DNA of 7,432 nucleotides from a virus: IMG/VR virus record IMGVR_UViG_3300007153_000037; one strand, 5' to 3'. Shown piece by piece: positions 5,068 to 7,432 of this stretch (position 1 is its first letter; each line of letters starts with the position of its first letter). The notes under the pieces were generated by a model. It saw only the letters and a program-made list of their open reading frames with translations, ran no database searches and was not told where the DNA came from. The position numbers and the translations under genes were made by a program.

Positions 5068-5321
5068 AGATCGAGGATCTCGCCTGCAATGCCCTTAAGT
5101 CTGGCCAGCAGGTCATCCAGTTGGGCGCCTTCGGTGTCGAGATCCGCAACACGGCGACGGAGCTGGCGAACCTCTCCAGCCAAGCGCGGATAGTCCTCAA
5201 GGACATGGCAAACGGCATCGAGATCAGCACGCCCTGGAGCGTATAGACGGGCGTCAGAGACGAGGTGTGGCGGGATCGGGAGAGGTATTGGCTTGCGCAT
5301 AATGGCCATTACGTTACGCAC
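5064..5321 (-). CDS. Small coiled-coil protein, possible Arc/RHH-like DNA-binding protein, 78-85 aa (paralog of 4558-4929)
   Basis: Possible starts are GTG 5321, ATG 5309 and ATG 5300. From 5300 the product is MRKPIPLPIPPHLVSDARLYAPGRADLDAVCHVLEDY..., resembling Arc-like N-termini of the pattern pfpLRlPpeL...A..gRs. The segment RLAGEVRQLRRRV...LKGIAGE aligns with KLARAEIAELRQQV...LAEVAGQ of the 123-aa protein. In both genes the stop codon lies inside TGATTGGTACC. Confidence 0.6.
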   Translation of the reverse strand: MRNVMAIMRKPIPLPIPPHLVSDARLYAPGRADLDAVCHVLEDYPRLAGEVRQLRRRVADLDTEGAQLDDLLARLKGIAGEILDL

Positions 5322-5382
5322 CGCCCGGAGCTTGCGCTAGTGTCCGGACGGCGCTCAACGTAACGCCTGAATTATGCGAACC
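5292..5382. promoter_or_regulatory. Pair of inverted dif-like sites forming a forked hairpin: candidate XerC/XerD-dependent attP
   Basis: Site 1 (+ strand) is CTTGCGCATAA TGGCCA TTACGTTACGC at 5292-5319, matching 19 of 28 positions of E. coli dif GGTGCGCATAA TGTATA TTATGTTAAAT. Site 2 (- strand, 5382 to 5353) is GGTTCGCATAA TTCAGGCG TTACGTTGAGC. The arms are mutually complementary and the central regions are not. Confidence 0.6.
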
Positions 5383-5557
5383 CTAGATAGGCAGCAACAG
5401 CAGCCATAAGGGCCAGAATCAGCACAACAGAACGCGAACTGATGAATTCAGGCGGACCACTGACATGATGATTAGTCTGGGGTTGAACGTTTTGAGTATT
5501 GGGGTACCGGCGCTTGCGGCGTTCCTCTCGGTACCAATCGCGATCATACATACCCAC
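5372..5557 (-). CDS. Small tail-anchored membrane protein, 59-61 aa, unknown function
   Basis: The translation is (M)GMYDRDWYREERRKRRYPNTQNVQPQTNHHVSGPPEFISSRSVVLILALMAAVAAYLGFA: a basic N-terminal half and a single C-terminal TM segment. AGGAG lies 6 nt upstream of the GTG at 5557 and 12 nt upstream of the ATG at 5551. The stop codon lies inside the XerC-like arm of dif-like site 2. Confidence 0.6.
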   Translation of the reverse strand: MGMYDRDWYREERRKRRYPNTQNVQPQTNHHVSGPPEFISSRSVVLILALMAAVAAYLGFA

Positions 5558-5573
5558 ACGAATCTCCTGCCAT

Positions 5574-5614
5574 GTAAGCGGGTCCCTCCCGCAAGCGGGA
5601 GCCCTCCCGCTTAC
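5574..5614. repeat. Compound GC-rich hairpin / tandem 17-18-nt repeat overlapping the zot stop codon
   Basis: The sequence is GTAAGCGGG TCC CTCCCGC AA GCGGGAG CCCT CCCGCTTAC. The outer 9-bp stem is 5574-5582 with 5606-5614 and the inner 7-bp stem is 5586-5592 with 5595-5601. It can also be read as two tandem copies of AAGCGGG(T/AG)CCCTCCCGC (5576-5592 and 5593-5610). No T tract follows on either strand. Confidence 0.7.
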
Positions 5615-6738
5615 CCGTCAGTCTGCTTACCAGGTGTTTTTGCTGCAAGGGAAACCTGAGGAAGACCGGACACGACATACCCCACGTCAAAGCCCTTGAA
5701 CTCCAGGCTAATCACAGTCAGCGAGTGATAACGAATTGTATAGCCAGCGTCTTCAAGATCTCGAAAACCAACCTGCCTGATAGCCTGGCCATTCTGCGAA
5801 ATAGTGATGAAGCCATTCAGATACGCGGAAGGCTCAGTTTCGCCCTGGAGAACACGCTTACCGACCTGCAGAGCAGAAAGATGCATCGTATAGCCCTGAT
5901 ACGGATGAATCAGCTGGTCAGGGCCGCGAGGCTGCGCTACTTCGACAGAAACAGCCGGTTCGATACGTGTTACGGGGCCAACATCAGACTGCTCGACGCC
6001 AGCAGATGGAAGCGGAGGCGGCACCTTCTTACCTCCCTTCATGACGTTGTAGCTAGACAGGCAAATAACAACCAAGGCGCAGATAGCAGCGCCCTTGAAC
6101 GGCCATCGCTTCCAGATCGGAACGATATCGCTAGCCACAGCCTCAAGTACCGCGCCGTTTGACTTTGTATGGGACTTGTAGAGTGGGAAGAACTTCGACT
6201 CATAGTTGCGAATGCTGGTATTCACAACCTCGCCGCGTAAACCGTCCTGAACTTTGCGTATGTACTTGTCATTACTACCAAAGGCAGTAGCCTTCTTACA
6301 GCGATAAACAACTTGTACGGCATCACGAATAGCCTGATTAATTTTGCCGTACGATTGAGTAATCAAAAGAACGTCAGCACCTTCATGCCGATGCTCAGCA
6401 AACCACTCCTCAATCTGAACGGGCGTGCCCACACGAGGCAGAGACTTGTGACATTCATCAATAATATAAAGTGGACCAACTTCATTATCCCCGCGCCAAG
6501 AATCGCCAAAATCCTCAAGACGACTAAAGGGGAAATTCATACGGCCATCAAAATGATAATTAGCGCGTATCTCTATCAGCTTCGTTGAGCCTGGGAAAAA
6601 GTGCTCCCACATATCAAGTCGTAACGGAAGGTTTGTTATGACCTTTCTACCCTGCTCCACCACTGCCGGTATTACATGAAATGCGACAGACTCATAACTT
6701 TTACCGCCACCAGGCTGGCCGAGCAATAGATTAATCAT
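5611..6738 (-). CDS. zot: Zot-like / gpI assembly ATPase, 375 aa
   Basis: An N-terminal Walker A motif GQPGGGKS is at residues 7-14. A Walker B-like LYIIDECH follows, then a central TM segment (AAICALVVICLSSY) and a C-terminal periplasmic domain. The ATG overlaps the gVI-like stop by 1 nt. Position and architecture are typical of inovirus gpI (Zonula occludens toxin family, PF05707). Confidence 0.93.
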   Translation of the reverse strand: MINLLLGQPGGGKSYESVAFHVIPAVVEQGRKVITNLPLRLDMWEHFFPGSTKLIEIRANYHFDGRMNFPFSRLEDFGDSWRGDNEVGPLYIIDECHKSLPRVGTPVQIEEWFAEHRHEGADVLLITQSYGKINQAIRDAVQVVYRCKKATAFGSNDKYIRKVQDGLRGEVVNTSIRNYESKFFPLYKSHTKSNGAVLEAVASDIVPIWKRWPFKGAAICALVVICLSSYNVMKGGKKVPPPLPSAGVEQSDVGPVTRIEPAVSVEVAQPRGPDQLIHPYQGYTMHLSALQVGKRVLQGETEPSAYLNGFITISQNGQAIRQVGFRDLEDAGYTIRYHSLTVISLEFKGFDVGYVVSGLPQVSLAAKTPGKQTDG

Positions 6739-7076
6739 CAGGAACCCCAGCGAACAAACGGAATAGTTTGCAGAATGAACCGCACGACCAGGGCAGCAAC
6801 GATTATTGCAATCGCCTGAGGAATTCCAACATAACCGAGAATATTCGCAGCCTCTGATGGAATCATAGAATAGTAGGTAGATGGATCAAAGGGCATAGAA
6901 ATAGAGTTGAGGGCAGTGATAGCAATAGAGATTGATGACTCGAAAAACCAACAAACAACGTCAGTAGCCATGAACCAGATATCTTTGAATATCTGGAGAA
7001 AGACAGAGAGAAACCATTCAGCAAACTTGGACAATTTGGAGAGTATTGCTGTGAAAAACTGAAATACGCCAGACAT
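6738..7076 (-). CDS. gVI-like minor coat / membrane protein, 112 aa (115 aa if GTG at 7085)
   Basis: The protein is very hydrophobic with several TM segments (FLSVFLQIF..., ISIAITAL..., AIAIIVAALVVRFIL). The ATG at 7076 lies 1 nt after the gIII-like stop (TGAcATG), with GGTGG upstream. It sits between the gIII-like gene and zot. Confidence 0.7.
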   Translation of the reverse strand: MSGVFQFFTAILSKLSKFAEWFLSVFLQIFKDIWFMATDVVCWFFESSISIAITALNSISMPFDPSTYYSMIPSEAANILGYVGIPQAIAIIVAALVVRFILQTIPFVRWGS

Positions 7077-7077
7077 G

Positions 7078-7432
7078 TCAGCCACCGAAAGTTATAGCGC
7101 GAGCCGTGAATAGAGCAGTAACCAAAAGAATGGCCTTAACGAAGTCAAGGACATAGCAAATGGAACTGAAAGACTGGAAGCCATAAGCAGCCCAGGACGA
7201 TATATTCATATTTAAACCGAACGACGGGCAGGAACCAGAGAAGGACGGGACAAAAGAATACAAAAACTGAATAAAGGCTGAGTTATCCAAATCGGTCTTC
7301 GCTTTACTCCAAACACCCTGGAGACCGTCAGGATACTTTCGCTCATAGAAGCTGGTGACAGGCGGAAAGTCAGCATCCTCGAATGTATATTCGGGTTCTT
7401 CATTTTCAGACGGTGATTCATCTGAAGGCTGC
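7078..7432 (-). CDS. gIII-like minor coat / adsorption protein, 3' part (continuation of 1-1064 across the circular junction)
   Basis: Frame arithmetic confirms continuity: codon first bases at 977, 974 ... 2 correspond to 7410, 7407 ... 7290. The acidic linker SDESPSENEEPEYTFEDADF is followed by a C-terminal domain ending in the hydrophobic anchor AILLVTALFTARAITFGG. The 70-aa track ORF at 7078-7290 is only the tail, starting from an internal TTG. Confidence 0.8.
   Translation of the reverse strand, partial: QPSDESPSENEEPEYTFEDADFPPVTSFYERKYPDGLQGVWSKAKTDLDNSAFIQFLYSFVPSFSGSCPSFGLNMNISSWAAYGFQSFSSICYVLDFVKAILLVTALFTARAITFGG
7409..7432. repeat. Terminal redundancy (copy 2) marking circular closure
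   Basis: Identical to 1-24. The minus-strand reading frame is continuous across the junction. Confidence 0.95.

Larger units (their letters stand above)
1..7432 (-). mobile_element. Complete circularly permuted filamentous phage (Inoviridae-like) genome, unit length 7408 bp
   Basis: The 24-nt terminal redundancy closes the circle. The minus-strand gene order is rep, ssb-like, small proteins, coat, gIII-like, gVI-like, zot/gI-like, with tight or overlapping gene junctions. A divergent HTH repressor lies next to rep. The size is typical for an inovirus. Confidence 0.85.

Noticed and set aside
4620-5246. Plus-strand ORFs of 60-86 aa (4620-4874, 4639-4821, 4880-5098, 4942-5193, 4986-5246) and the minus-strand 109-aa ORF at 4901-5230
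   Set aside because: They are antisense or out of frame relative to the two paralogous coiled-coil genes. Those genes support each other through protein-level similarity in the chosen frame.
5465-6588. Plus-strand ORFs (5465-5659, 5499-5699, 5725-6162, 6313-6588)
   Set aside because: They are antisense to ORF61 and to the zot-like gene, which has unambiguous Walker A/B motifs.
5611-6738. Interpreting the Zot-family protein as an enterotoxin or virulence cargo
   Set aside because: The family name comes from Vibrio, but the N-terminal P-loop, TM segment and periplasmic domain form the conserved inovirus assembly protein gpI. Nothing in the sequence supports toxin activity.
7212-7421. 69-aa minus-strand ORF (MNHRLKMKNPNIH...)
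   Set aside because: It is in a different frame from the gIII-like gene, which reads continuously across the circular junction into the same region.

Overview
The window appears to be one complete, circularly permuted genome of a filamentous ssDNA phage (Inoviridae-like), either a replicative form or a circular contig. Bases 1-24 are identical to 7409-7432, giving a unit length of 7408 bp. All genes but one lie on the minus strand in canonical inovirus order. They run: RCR replication initiator (gpII-like), a coupled 108-aa ORF, a putative ssDNA-binding protein, three tiny acidic CxxC...CxxC proteins, two 44-aa hydrophobic coat-type proteins followed by a strong terminator, and a gIII-like adsorption protein. 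The gIII-like gene crosses the window junction and is missing from the supplied ORF track. After it come a gVI-like membrane protein and a Zot/gpI assembly ATPase. An XRE-family HTH repressor (3853-4209, + strand) is transcribed divergently from the replication gene, a CTXphi/RS2-like lysogeny layout. I found no secretin (gIV), integrase, tRNA, rRNA or CRISPR. The least explained part is the GC-rich stretch between zot and the repressor (about 4210-5560). It holds (i) two inverted dif-like XerC/XerD sites that can fold into a forked ssDNA hairpin (candidate CTX-type attP). It also holds (ii) a diverged tandem duplication of a small coiled-coil, possibly ribbon-helix-helix gene, each copy followed by an array of TGGTACCA palindromic boxes; all nine GGTACC sites in the window fall in 4451-5535. 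Finally it holds (iii) a roughly 190-bp apparently non-coding region with tandem repeats and hairpins (candidate ori or packaging region) and (iv) a small tail-anchored membrane protein. Every functional assignment rests on motifs read by eye, gene order and general knowledge of inoviruses; no database search was possible.
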